Source: Planctomycetota bacterium (GTDB taxonomy: Bacteria; Planctomycetota; UBA11346). From it: DNA of 21,876 nt. Of the stretch, positions 8,451-17,023 are shown piece by piece; position 1 is the stretch's first letter, and each line of letters starts with the position of its first letter. Made by a program: the position numbers and the translations under genes. The DNA is taken from NCBI GenBank assembly GCA_038213805.1, contig JBBQSO010000084.1, positions 1 to 21,876 on the forward strand, given 5' to 3'. The notes beneath the pieces are model-generated. The model did not search any database and was not told the DNA's origin. It saw only the letters and a list, made by a program, of their open reading frames with translations.

Positions 8451-9464
8451 GTGCCAAGATTTCCAACATGGTCGCGCTGCGCCTGGCTCCTGTCCGTTTC
8501 CGGCATGATGTCCATGACGCCGGCGCCGGGCAGCGCGGTCGAGCCTCCCGCCGCGCTGGTGGCAGCGGCGGAAAGCTGGCGGCCGGCCGCTGCCGATCTC
8601 GATCTCGACCAGCCCGCGGGATCCCAGGCGGTCACCCTGCGCAGCGGTTCGTCGCGCCTCCTGCTGGTGGCCGGGCCGCACCTGCCGGTACCATTGGCCG
8701 CGGTGCGCGCCTGGGTGGAGCGCGGCATGGCAGCGCTGACGATCTTCTACGGTCACTTCCCGGTTGACGAGGCCTCGGTGGTGGTGATCGCCGACGGTGG
8801 CGAGGCGGTCCACAACGGCGTAACCCACGATGGTCGCCACATCAGTGTCCGCCTGGGCGCAGCGACCACCGCCGCCGACCTCGCGGACGACTGGGTCATC
8901 ACCCACGAGATGTTCCACCTCGCCTTCCCCGACGTCGGCGAAAATTCCCACTGGTTGGAGGAGGGCGCGGCCAGCTACTTCGAGCCGTTGGCGCGCGCCC
9001 GCGCCGGCCAACTCGCACCCGAGCGGCTGTGGCGCGAGCTGATCGAAGGCGCACCGCAGGGCCAGCCGGAGCGCGGCGACCGCGGCCTCGACCGCACGCA
9101 CAGCTGGGGCCGCACCTATTGGGGCGGGACGCTGTTCTGGCTGGTCGCCGACCTCGACATCCGTGACCGCACCGCCGGGCGGAAGAGCGCGGACGACGTG
9201 CTGCGTGGCCTGCTCGCCGCCGGCGACGACGGATCGACACACCTGGAACCCGCCGCGCTGTTCGCCGCCGGCGACCGCCTAGTCGGCGTCGCTGCGCTGA
9301 CCACCCTGCACGCGCGCCAGGGTCCACGCCCGGAGACCGTCGACCTCGAACGCCTGTGGCGCCGCCTTGGCGTCAGCCTCGCGGGCGGCACCGTGCACTT
9401 CGACGACAGCGCGGAATGGGCCGGCTTGCGCCGCGCGATGACGGCGGCGCCGCCGTCGCCCTGA
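8451..9464 (+). CDS. Putative exported zinc metallopeptidase-like protein (gluzincin, M1/M61-like)
   Basis: HEMFH (8904-8918) followed by WLEEGAASY, and a later TYWGG motif. GTG start with AAGGAG RBS at 8439-8444. Signal-like N-terminus. Confidence 0.7.
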   Translation: MPRFPTWSRCAWLLSVSGMMSMTPAPGSAVEPPAALVAAAESWRPAAADLDLDQPAGSQAVTLRSGSSRLLLVAGPHLPVPLAAVRAWVERGMAALTIFYGHFPVDEASVVVIADGGEAVHNGVTHDGRHISVRLGAATTAADLADDWVITHEMFHLAFPDVGENSHWLEEGAASYFEPLARARAGQLAPERLWRELIEGAPQGQPERGDRGLDRTHSWGRTYWGGTLFWLVADLDIRDRTAGRKSADDVLRGLLAAGDDGSTHLEPAALFAAGDRLVGVAALTTLHARQGPRPETVDLERLWRRLGVSLAGGTVHFDDSAEWAGLRRAMTAAPPSP

Positions 9465-9473
9465 TGCCGTGCG

Positions 9474-10880
9474 TCAGAGGTTCAGTTCGCGCAGCGGCCC
9501 GCTGCTGTCCGCGAAGCGCTCGATCTGGATGCCGAGCCGGTTGAGCAGCCCGACCAGCAGATTCGCCAGCGGCGTCTCGCCCTTGCACACTGCGTGGCGG
9601 CCGGTGTCGATGGTGCGGCCGCCGCCGCCAGCGACCAGGATCGGCAGGTTGCGCGGGTCGTGCTGATTGCCGTCGCGGATGCCGCCGCCGAACAGCACCA
9701 TGCTGTTGTCGAGCAGGCTGTCCTTGCCCTCCTTGATCGTGGCCATGCGCTGCAGCAAGTAGGCGAGCTGCTGCATGTGCCAGACGTTGATGCGCCGGTA
9801 CTGGTCGAGCTTCTCCGGCTTGTTCTCGTGGTGGCTGATCTCGTGGTGGCTGCCCATGGCGCGGTCGAGGAACGAGAAGTTCTGCCCGCTCGCCTCGTTG
9901 CCCAGCATCAGCGTGGCGATGCGCGTCGTATCGCTCCACAACGCCAGCAGCAGGATGTCGAGCATCAGCGTCGTACGTTGCGGGAAGGACGCCGTCAGGT
10001 CCTGGCCGTTGAAGGTGCGCGTGGCGTCGCCGAGCGTCCCGAGCTCGCGCAGCGCGCCGGTGTCGAGGTGGTGCGGTTCGTGGGCGTGCCTGGCCTCGGC
10101 GGCGAGGCGGCGTTCGACATCGCGCACCGACGTCAGGTACTCGTCCAGCTTGCGCTGGTCGGCGACGCCCAGCCGGCCCTTGAGCCCGTTACCGTCCTCG
10201 GTGACGAAGTCGAGGACGCTGCGGTCGTCCCAGGGATCGAGCGGATGCGGCCGCTTCGGCGCGTCGACCACTCCGCCCTGGCCGCGGAACAGCCGGTCGA
10301 AGGCCGCCTTGGGATCGGTCTCGCGCGCCATCGGCGTGGTCGGCGTGTTCCACGAGATGTGCCCGGCGTAGAGCGAGGTGATCTGGAAGTTCGGGCAGAT
10401 GTAGCTGGTCTGGCGCTGCGTCGACAGCTCGAGCGAGGGCAGGCGCGTATACTCGCCCAGGCAGCCGGCTGCGAGCTGGTCGGCGGAGACACCGCCCGCG
10501 TTGAGGTCGGCGCCGGTGGTCCTGAACACCGTGGTGCCGGTCAGGAAGGCCGCGCACTTGGCGTAGTGCCCGTCGTTGGGGAAGGCGTTCCGGTGCAGCA
10601 GATTGCTGATCACCAGCAGGTGGTCTTTGACCTTGGCCAGCGGTGCGAGCAGCGGCGACAGCTGCGTGAGCGGGCCGGGTGGCGGCGACCATTCGGCAGC
10701 GCTGACCCCGTTGGGCATGTAGATGGTGGCGAAGCGCACCGGCTGCTTGCGCGGCACCACGCGCGGCTCGCCACCGAATAGCGTCGGCGCCTCCATCGCG
10801 TCGAGGAACGGCAAGGCGATGGCGACGCCCAGTCCGCGCAGCATGGTGCGGCGGTGGATGCGCCAGGGGTGGAGCGGCAT
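9474..10880 (-). CDS. DUF1552 domain-containing protein
   Basis: Twin-Arg N-terminus IHRRTMLRGLGVAIALPFLDAM, RFATIYMPNG, SADQLAA, DQRKLDEYLTSVRDVERR, HHEISHH, EGKDSLLDNS, DGNQHDPRNLPILVAG. GGAGG RBS upstream of ATG 10880. Confidence 0.9.
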   Translation of the reverse strand: MPLHPWRIHRRTMLRGLGVAIALPFLDAMEAPTLFGGEPRVVPRKQPVRFATIYMPNGVSAAEWSPPPGPLTQLSPLLAPLAKVKDHLLVISNLLHRNAFPNDGHYAKCAAFLTGTTVFRTTGADLNAGGVSADQLAAGCLGEYTRLPSLELSTQRQTSYICPNFQITSLYAGHISWNTPTTPMARETDPKAAFDRLFRGQGGVVDAPKRPHPLDPWDDRSVLDFVTEDGNGLKGRLGVADQRKLDEYLTSVRDVERRLAAEARHAHEPHHLDTGALRELGTLGDATRTFNGQDLTASFPQRTTLMLDILLLALWSDTTRIATLMLGNEASGQNFSFLDRAMGSHHEISHHENKPEKLDQYRRINVWHMQQLAYLLQRMATIKEGKDSLLDNSMVLFGGGIRDGNQHDPRNLPILVAGGGGRTIDTGRHAVCKGETPLANLLVGLLNRLGIQIERFADSSGPLRELNL

Positions 10881-10970
10881 GGCGGCCTCCCGGGACCGGG
10901 CAGCAGCATGCGCCACGGGGCCGGGCGCGGAAGGTCCGCCGCTGTCGCGCAGCAGACATGCTGCGCGACG

Positions 10971-11855
10971 CTACTTGGCGGCGGGCGTCTCGAGCAGCTT
11001 CTGGCTGGCCAGCCACTCGACCATGCGCTCGGGCCAGCCGGCGAGTTCGCCGGTCATGCCGGGGCGCAGCCCGAAGCCGTGCCCACCGCTGGCGTAGATG
11101 TGCAGCTCGGCCGAGGCGCCGACCTTCTTGCACTTCAGGTAGACCTCGGCCAGCCCCTCGGCGATGTCCTGGCGGTCGTTGGCCGAGCAGGCCATGAACA
11201 TGGGCGGCGCGTCCTTGGCGGGGACGATGTCGGCAGAGCCGCCGGGGTAGATCAGCGCCTGGAAGGCGAGGCGGCCGTCCAGCCGGTCGATCGGATCGGC
11301 GACCGCCGGGTCGGCCCCGGCCGGGTGCATGGCGGCGAGCGCCACCAGTTCGCCGCCGGCCGAGAAGCCGACCGCGCCGAGGCGCGCCGGGTCGATGTGC
11401 CATTCCGTGGCGTGCGCGCGGATCAGGCGCAGGGCGCGCCGGGTGTCGTCCAGGGCATTGCCGGCGATGGTGTAGGTCGAGCCCGCCTCGCGCGCGAGGC
11501 GGTGCTTGAGCATGAACGCGGCGATGCCGTGCGACGCCAGCCAGCGCCCGACGAAGGCGCCCTCGTGGTCGATGCACAGCACGCGGTGTCCGCCGCCCGG
11601 GATGACCAGCACGGCCAGGCCAGTGCCGGGCCCGGCGGGCAGGAAGGGGGTGATCGAGGGGTGGTGGACCGACGATACCTGGCGTTCGCCATTGCCGCTG
11701 GTGACCACGACCTCGGCGGTGGTCTTGCCTTCCGAGCCCGGGGCGTCGCCGGTCCACAGGGGGATCTCGGTCTCGGCGCCGGCGAGGCGCCCCGCCAGCG
11801 CGACCGCTGCGAGCAGGGTGGCGAGAACGAGGGACCGGGCGGTTGGGCGGGGCAT
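10971..11855 (-). CDS. Exported alpha/beta hydrolase (BD-FAE / acetylxylan esterase-like)
   Basis: Signal peptide, oxyanion motif VIPGGGH, nucleophile GFSAGG, acid ND, and catalytic His GGHGFG. Confidence 0.85.
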   Translation of the reverse strand: MPRPTARSLVLATLLAAVALAGRLAGAETEIPLWTGDAPGSEGKTTAEVVVTSGNGERQVSSVHHPSITPFLPAGPGTGLAVLVIPGGGHRVLCIDHEGAFVGRWLASHGIAAFMLKHRLAREAGSTYTIAGNALDDTRRALRLIRAHATEWHIDPARLGAVGFSAGGELVALAAMHPAGADPAVADPIDRLDGRLAFQALIYPGGSADIVPAKDAPPMFMACSANDRQDIAEGLAEVYLKCKKVGASAELHIYASGGHGFGLRPGMTGELAGWPERMVEWLASQKLLETPAAK

Positions 11856-11969
11856 GGCGTGGCCTCTGGGCAGGGGGCCGGGATTCTGCGCCGCAGACAG
11901 CGCTCGTGCAACGCCGCACCACCCGCAGAGCTGAATTGTGGAGGGGGTGTGCGTCAGCCCAAGATGGCC

Positions 11970-12007
11970 AAACGAGCAAATCCAGGGTGCCGTGGGGCAC
12001 CCTGGAT
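11970..12007 (-). terminator. Rho-independent terminator for the - strand small ORF
   Basis: 12-bp stem ATCCAGGGTGCC-N4-GGCACCCTGGAT (11980-12007), followed on the - strand by TTGCTCGTTT. Confidence 0.65.
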
Positions 12008-12089
12008 CTGCGGATCGCGCACCTGCATGGCCGGTGCTGATGAAACGTGCTTGAGCGGATCCCCTCGGGGATTCAGGCGCTTATGGCGA

Positions 12090-12254
12090 TCAGACCTGCT
12101 CTTCGTCCACGATTGGCTTGCAGATCAGGATCTCTTCTTCGGCCTTGGGGGCATCGCCACGCTGGGCGCGCCGCACGCGCTTCTGCTCGGCAAGGCGCTT
12201 CTTCTCCATCTCGCGCTGACGTTTGGCGAAAGTGGCGGGCGAGCGGTTCGACAT
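12090..12254 (-). CDS. Small 54-aa protein with basic helical N-half and acidic tail (MSNRSPATFAKRQREMEKKRLAEQKRVRRAQR...DEEQV)
   Basis: AGGAG RBS just upstream of ATG 12254, GC3-rich Lys/Glu codons, a candidate promoter upstream and a terminator downstream. Confidence 0.7.
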   Translation of the reverse strand: MSNRSPATFAKRQREMEKKRLAEQKRVRRAQRGDAPKAEEEILICKPIVDEEQV

Positions 12255-12282
12255 TGGGGCTCCTGGGCTGCTGACTGTGCCC

Positions 12283-12311
12283 ACCATAGGAGGAATGTCA
12301 GGCCAAGGGAA
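12283..12311 (-). promoter_or_regulatory. Candidate sigma70 promoter TTCCCT-N17-TATGGT for the small ORF
   Basis: Exact 17-nt spacer. The -10 matches 4/6 and the -35 is weak. It lies about 30 nt upstream of the start. Confidence 0.35.
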
Positions 12312-12511
12312 GGGGGAGAAGCGCCAGGATGCGGCACGGGCATGGCCGGTGGCGGGGCTCCCGGTCAGCAGTGGGTGGGTCCGGGCAATGCCCGTCCGCT
12401 CACGGGGGCAAGCGGCATCAGGGCTGAGTTTCTGGTCGCGAAGCGCGGAGCCCGAGCAAGTGGCCTAATGCGAGCCCATGAGTGCCGGACGGGAGCCATC
12501 GGCCCCCGCCC

Positions 12512-13570
12512 CTATTTCGCTGCCGCCACCGGCATCGGCGCGGTCACCGCACCCTTCGTCCGCTTGCGGTTGCGCAGCAGGTGCGAGACCTGGTCGAGGA
12601 TCACCGCGGCGAGGATCACCAGGCCGATGATGACGTTCTTCCAATTCTCATCCAGGCGCCAGACGTGGGCGTGGCCGGCGGCGTCATTCCAGCCGATCTT
12701 GAACATGTTGATGCCGTTCTCCATGACCCGGATGATCGCCGCGCCGATGAAGACGCCGAGCACGGTGCCCTCGCCGCCGCGCAGCGAGCAGCCGCCGAGC
12801 ACCGCCGCGGTGATGGCGTAGAGCTCGTAGGACTCGCCCACGGTGTGCGCCATCTGGCCGATGTAGGCGGCGTAGGCGATGCCGGCGATGCCGGCCAGGC
12901 CCGCGGAGATCACGTAGGTGGTGGCCTCGACGCGCTTCACCGGCACGCCTGAGTAGAGCGCCGCGTCGCGGTTGCCGCCGATCGCGTAGAGATGGCGGCC
13001 GAACACCGAGAAGTGCAGCACGTAGGTCGCGACCAGGGCGACCCCCAGGAACATCAGCACCGGCCAGGGGATCTCGGCGAAGCCGAGGTTCAGGCCCTCG
13101 TCGCCGAGCGCGCGGAACGGGCTGTTGAGGAAGCTGATGTTGCCGCCCTGGGTGATGGTCTGCGACACGCCTTTGATGGTCAGCATGCCGCCCAGGGTGA
13201 CGATGAAGGGCTGGAGATTGAGGCGGGTGATGAGCAAGCCCTGGGCCAGGCCGATGGACAGCGCCACCGCCATCGCCACCGAGATGCCCACCCAGATCGG
13301 GTAGCCGGCGCCCGAGGTCACGCCCTCGCCGACCTGGGGCGCGGATATGCGCGCGATGATCACGCCGGTCAGGCCGATGATCGAGCCGATCGACAGGTCG
13401 ATGCCGCCGGTGATGATGACGAATCCCACGCCGATCGCGAAGATGCCGAGCATGGCGATCTGGCGCGTGGTGTTGAGCAGGTTGGCCTGCCCGATGAAGT
13501 CGTGGTTGGAGATGGCGATGACCACGCACATGGCCAGCAGGGCGCAGAACATGCCGAATTCTTTACGCAT
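12512..13570 (-). CDS. rbsC: Monosaccharide ABC transporter permease (RbsC/CUT2 family)
   Basis: VIITGGIDLSIGS, PFIVTLG, FGRHLYAIGGNRDAALYSGV and YELYAITAAVLGGCSLRGGEG. Multiple TM segments. The symbol is family-level only. Confidence 0.93.
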   Translation of the reverse strand: MRKEFGMFCALLAMCVVIAISNHDFIGQANLLNTTRQIAMLGIFAIGVGFVIITGGIDLSIGSIIGLTGVIIARISAPQVGEGVTSGAGYPIWVGISVAMAVALSIGLAQGLLITRLNLQPFIVTLGGMLTIKGVSQTITQGGNISFLNSPFRALGDEGLNLGFAEIPWPVLMFLGVALVATYVLHFSVFGRHLYAIGGNRDAALYSGVPVKRVEATTYVISAGLAGIAGIAYAAYIGQMAHTVGESYELYAITAAVLGGCSLRGGEGTVLGVFIGAAIIRVMENGINMFKIGWNDAAGHAHVWRLDENWKNVIIGLVILAAVILDQVSHLLRNRKRTKGAVTAPMPVAAAK

Positions 13571-15083
13571 GATTCACTTTCACGGTGTTGCGCGCCTGGC
13601 CGGTCATCAGGTGCATGATGTTTTCCTCGTTCAGTTCGTGCTTCTCGAGGATGCCGCTCAGGCGGCGTTGGCTGAAGACGGCGACACGGTCGCTCATGCC
13701 GATGACCTCTTCCAGCTCGGAGCTGACCATCAGGATGGTCAGGCCCTGGTCGGCGAGGGCGGCGATCTGGCGGTAGATCTCGGCCTTGGCGCCGATGTCG
13801 ATGCCGCGCGTCGGCTCGTCGAGGATGAGCAGCTTCGGGCGCATCGCGAGCCACTTGCCGAGCACCACCTTCTGCTGGTTGCCGCCCGACAGGTTGACCA
13901 CTTTGTGCAGCACCGAGGGCGCCTTGATGCCCTGCTTGATGAGCTGCTCGTTGGCCACTTCCAGCTCGCGGCGGCGCTGCAGCCACCATTTGGGTCGGTA
14001 GTTCGCGATGTCCGGCAAGGTGATGTTCATGCTGATCGGCATGGGCAGGACCAGCCCGTGCAGCTTGCGGTCCTCGGGCACCAGGTAGATGCCGCGCTCG
14101 ATCGCATCGGACGGCTTCATCGGGATGAAGGCCTCGCCGGCGAAGCGCAGGGCGCCGCCCTGCGGTTGGTCGACGCCGAACAGCACCTTCATCAGTTCGG
14201 TGCGGCCGGAGCCGACCAGGCCGGCGAAGCCGAGGATCTCGCCGCGCCGCGCGTTGAATGACACGCCCGCGGGCGCGCCGGGCACGATGATGTCCTGGAC
14301 TTCCAGCACGGTCTCGCCGGGCTTGCCGGCGCGCGGGGGGAAGCGCGTCGTGAAATCACGGCCGATCATCATCGACACCAATTGGTCGTGGTTGGTGTCC
14401 TTGGTCATCAGGTCGCCGACGCGTTTGCCGTCGCGCAGCACGGTGATGCGGTCGGTGATGCGCAGGATCTCTTCAAAGCGGTGCGAGATGTAGGCGATGG
14501 CGATGCCGGATGCGGTCAGATCCTTGATGATCAGGAACAGCTTCTCGGCTTCGACCGGGGTCAGCGACGAGGTCGGCTCGTCCATGATGATGCTGCGCGC
14601 CTTGAGCGCGAGCGCCTTGGCGATCTCGACCAGCTGCATTTGCCCGGTGGTCAGGCGCGCGAGCTGGGTGGTCGGCTTGATGTCGAGGCCCAGACGCGCG
14701 AGCAGCGCAGCCGCTTCGCGGTTCATGCGCGCGCGGTCCAGGCGGCCGCCGGGCAGGGTCGGTTCGCCGCCGAGGAAGATGTTGCCGGCCACATCCAGGT
14801 TGGGCGCCAGCATCAGCTCCTGGTGGATCAGCGCGATGCCGCGCGCCTTGGCGTCGGCGATGCCAGCAAGCACCACGACTTGGCCATCGATGCGCAGCTC
14901 GCCCTCTTCGGGCATGTGCACGCCACCCCGGATCTTCATGAGCGTCGACTTGCCCGCGCCGTTCTCGCCGACCAGCGACAGCACTTCGCCGGCGCGGATC
15001 TCCAACGAGACGCCGCTGAGCGCGACCACGCCCGGGAAGCGTTTGCTGATACCGGTCATGGTGAGGAAAGGGGCGGTGGTCAT
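13563..15083 (-). CDS. rbsA: Monosaccharide ABC transporter ATP-binding protein (RbsA/MglA family, double NBD)
   Basis: Walker A GENGAGKST, IMDEPTSSL, YISHR, GLVGSGRTE, VPEDRK, LSGGNQQKV and ILDEPTRGID. The exact start is uncertain. The symbol is family-level only. Confidence 0.93.
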   Translation of the reverse strand: MTTAPFLTMTGISKRFPGVVALSGVSLEIRAGEVLSLVGENGAGKSTLMKIRGGVHMPEEGELRIDGQVVVLAGIADAKARGIALIHQELMLAPNLDVAGNIFLGGEPTLPGGRLDRARMNREAAALLARLGLDIKPTTQLARLTTGQMQLVEIAKALALKARSIIMDEPTSSLTPVEAEKLFLIIKDLTASGIAIAYISHRFEEILRITDRITVLRDGKRVGDLMTKDTNHDQLVSMMIGRDFTTRFPPRAGKPGETVLEVQDIIVPGAPAGVSFNARRGEILGFAGLVGSGRTELMKVLFGVDQPQGGALRFAGEAFIPMKPSDAIERGIYLVPEDRKLHGLVLPMPISMNITLPDIANYRPKWWLQRRRELEVANEQLIKQGIKAPSVLHKVVNLSGGNQQKVVLGKWLAMRPKLLILDEPTRGIDIGAKAEIYRQIAALADQGLTILMVSSELEEVIGMSDRVAVFSQRRLSGILEKHELNEENIMHLMTGQARNTVKVNHA

Positions 15084-15149
15084 GGGGGTCCAGAAGTCAC
15101 GAGACACGGACTACGCTCTACGAGAGCCTAGAAACGAGATGCGAGATGC

Positions 15150-15185
15150 TCGACCGTCGTCCGCCCCTGGGCGGACGACGGTCGA
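15150..15185. repeat. 16-bp perfect intercistronic stem-loop after the binding-protein gene
   Basis: TCGACCGTCGTCCGCC-cctg-GGCGGACGACGGTCGA, 4 nt after the stop codon on the - strand, with no U tract. Confidence 0.75.
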
Positions 15186-15189
15186 TCGC

Positions 15190-16206
15190 TCACTTCTTCA
15201 ATTCGGCGAGGCGCTTCTGGAAATCGGCGACGGTGTCCTTGGTCACCACCTCGACGCCGGTGTCGATGATCGGGTCGGCGGGCAGGGCGGCCTCGCCCTT
15301 GGTGCAGAGCTCGAAGAGCAGCTTCGACGAGCGGTAGCCGAACTCGAAGGGCTTCTGCACCACGGTGAAGCTGACCACGCCATCGGCGATGCCCTGCAGG
15401 GTGCCGTCTTCCTCGTCGAAGCCGGCGACGATCAGGCCGGGTTTCTTGCTGGCGACCACCGCGGCGACGATCGAGGGGGTGTTGTACGACCACAGGCCGA
15501 CCAGCGCGGTGACCTCGGGATTGGCGTTGATCACGTCCTCGACGTTGGTGCGCGCCTTGGTCATGTCCTTGGCGTCCTCCTTGGTCACCGCCACGGAGAG
15601 GTTGCTGCCCTCAATGGCCTTCTTGATGCCCTCGAGGCGCTGCTTGGCGTTGTCGGCGGCCAGAGTACCGACGAAGGCGGCGATCTTGCCGCCGTTCGGC
15701 ATGGCCTTTTTGAGCGCCTCGCCGAGGACCTTGCCGGCTTCGAAGTTGTTGGTGCCGATGTAGGCCAGGCGCTTGGACTGAGGACCGTCCGAGTCGTGGG
15801 TGATGACGTTGAGCTGCTGCCCGGCCTTGTCGATGTCGCGGGTCTCGTCCGCGGGCGAGATCAGACTGATGGCGAAGCCGTTGTACCCCTGGCTGACCAG
15901 GTCCTCGATGATCTTTTTCTGCTGCTCGACCTTGCCGGTCTCGGGCAGCTTCATCTCGACGTTGATGTTCAGCTCGGCATTGGCCTTCTGCACGCCCTTC
16001 TCGGCGATCTTCCAGAACTCGCTGCTGTTGTTGGTGATGAAGGCCAGCTTCAGCGCGGTGCCGGGTGCGGCCTGGTGGACGGCGCCCTTGGTCGCAGGCT
16101 TGGCCGCAGTCGCGGTCTCGGGCGCGGCGCTGTCCCCGCAGCTGCTGAGCGCGAGCCCCAGGGCGGCAGTGGCGCAGCAGGCGATCAGGTAGGATACTGG
16201 TTTCAT
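15190..16206 (-). CDS. Sugar ABC transporter substrate-binding lipoprotein (PBP type 1, RbsB/Thermotoga GBP-like)
   Basis: Lipobox LALSSC, then TNNSSEFWKIAEKG, ITHDSD, YIGTNNFEAG, GFDE and VVQKPFEFGY. Confidence 0.92.
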   Translation of the reverse strand: MKPVSYLIACCATAALGLALSSCGDSAAPETATAAKPATKGAVHQAAPGTALKLAFITNNSSEFWKIAEKGVQKANAELNINVEMKLPETGKVEQQKKIIEDLVSQGYNGFAISLISPADETRDIDKAGQQLNVITHDSDGPQSKRLAYIGTNNFEAGKVLGEALKKAMPNGGKIAAFVGTLAADNAKQRLEGIKKAIEGSNLSVAVTKEDAKDMTKARTNVEDVINANPEVTALVGLWSYNTPSIVAAVVASKKPGLIVAGFDEEDGTLQGIADGVVSFTVVQKPFEFGYRSSKLLFELCTKGEAALPADPIIDTGVEVVTKDTVADFQKRLAELKK

Positions 16207-16325
16207 GTCAGGTTCCAGGGTTGAGGAGGCGCAGGGTAGATGTGCACGCGTATGAACACAAGTCGCCGCCCCGGCGCTGGTGGAGGGGGCGCTCACTCTG
16301 GAATCCACCGGATGGACGATATGCA

Positions 16326-16347
16326 AACCACTTTGGATAGAGTGGTT
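16326..16347. promoter_or_regulatory. Inverted repeat AACCACT-N8-AGTGGTT, candidate operator for the ABC operon
   Basis: Perfect 7-bp arms in an AT-rich patch of the divergent intergenic region. Confidence 0.5.
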
Positions 16348-16399
16348 ACGCTACCGCTTCCGATGATCCGCCGCGCTGTCCAGCGCACGGGGGATGGGT

Positions 16400-16429
16400 G
16401 TTAACGGCATCATCCGGCCGTGCGTTAAC
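16400..16429. promoter_or_regulatory. Symmetric GTTAAC-N17-CGTTAA element, candidate bidirectional ECF promoter
   Basis: It reads identically on both strands and matches the general ECF -35 AAC / -10 CGT pattern. Confidence 0.45.
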
Positions 16430-16486
16430 GTCGTGTATGCCGACGGCCTCCCCGACCCCCACCGCCAGCCGGCTCCCGAGCGCACC

Positions 16487-17023
16487 ATGAGCGACGCCCC
16501 CGCCGATATCATCAAGGAGCTGACCAGCGGTCAGCGGCGCCTGTACGGCTACGTGCTGACCCTGGTGCCCTCGCCCGCCGAGGCCGATGACATCCTGCAA
16601 GAGACCAATCTCGCCATCCTGCGCAAGGCGGACACCTTCACGCCCGGCACCAACTTCCTGGCCTGGGCCTGCCGCATCGCGTTCAATCAGGCGATGACCT
16701 ACTACCGCAAGCGCCGGCGCGAGCTGCGCCCGCTCTTCGATGACGAAGTGATGGGGGCCCTCGCCACCGAGGCGGTCGAGGTCTTCGGCGCCTTCGACGA
16801 GCGCCTCGGCGCGTTGCGCGGCTGCATGGAGAAGCTCGGCGACCGCAAACGCGAGCTCCTCCAGCGCTTCTACTTCGACGAGCAGAGCGTCGCCGAGATC
16901 GCCAGCGCGCGCGGCCAGTCTGAGCCGACCGTGCGCGTCACCATCCACCGCATCCGCGGCAACCTGCTCGAGTGCATCCGCCGCAGCCTGGCGGGCGCGG
17001 GCGCCCCGGCGGGCCAGGCATGA
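16487..17023 (+). CDS. ECF sigma-70 factor, Rhodopirellula/Verrucomicrobium type
   Basis: Region 2 QRRLYGYVLTLV...ADDILQETNLAILRKADTFTPGTNFLAWACRIA. Region 4 LRGCMEKL...SVAEIA...HRIRGNLLECI. Confidence 0.93.
   Translation: MSDAPADIIKELTSGQRRLYGYVLTLVPSPAEADDILQETNLAILRKADTFTPGTNFLAWACRIAFNQAMTYYRKRRRELRPLFDDEVMGALATEAVEVFGAFDERLGALRGCMEKLGDRKRELLQRFYFDEQSVAEIASARGQSEPTVRVTIHRIRGNLLECIRRSLAGAGAPAGQA

Noticed and set aside
12036..12075. CTGATGAAAC resembling a hammerhead ribozyme core
   Set aside because: There is no stem II between CUGAUGA and GAAA, and no convincing flanking stems.
15100..15150. Short CGAGATG heptamer repeats
   Set aside because: Only two exact copies, too few for a repeat array or CRISPR.
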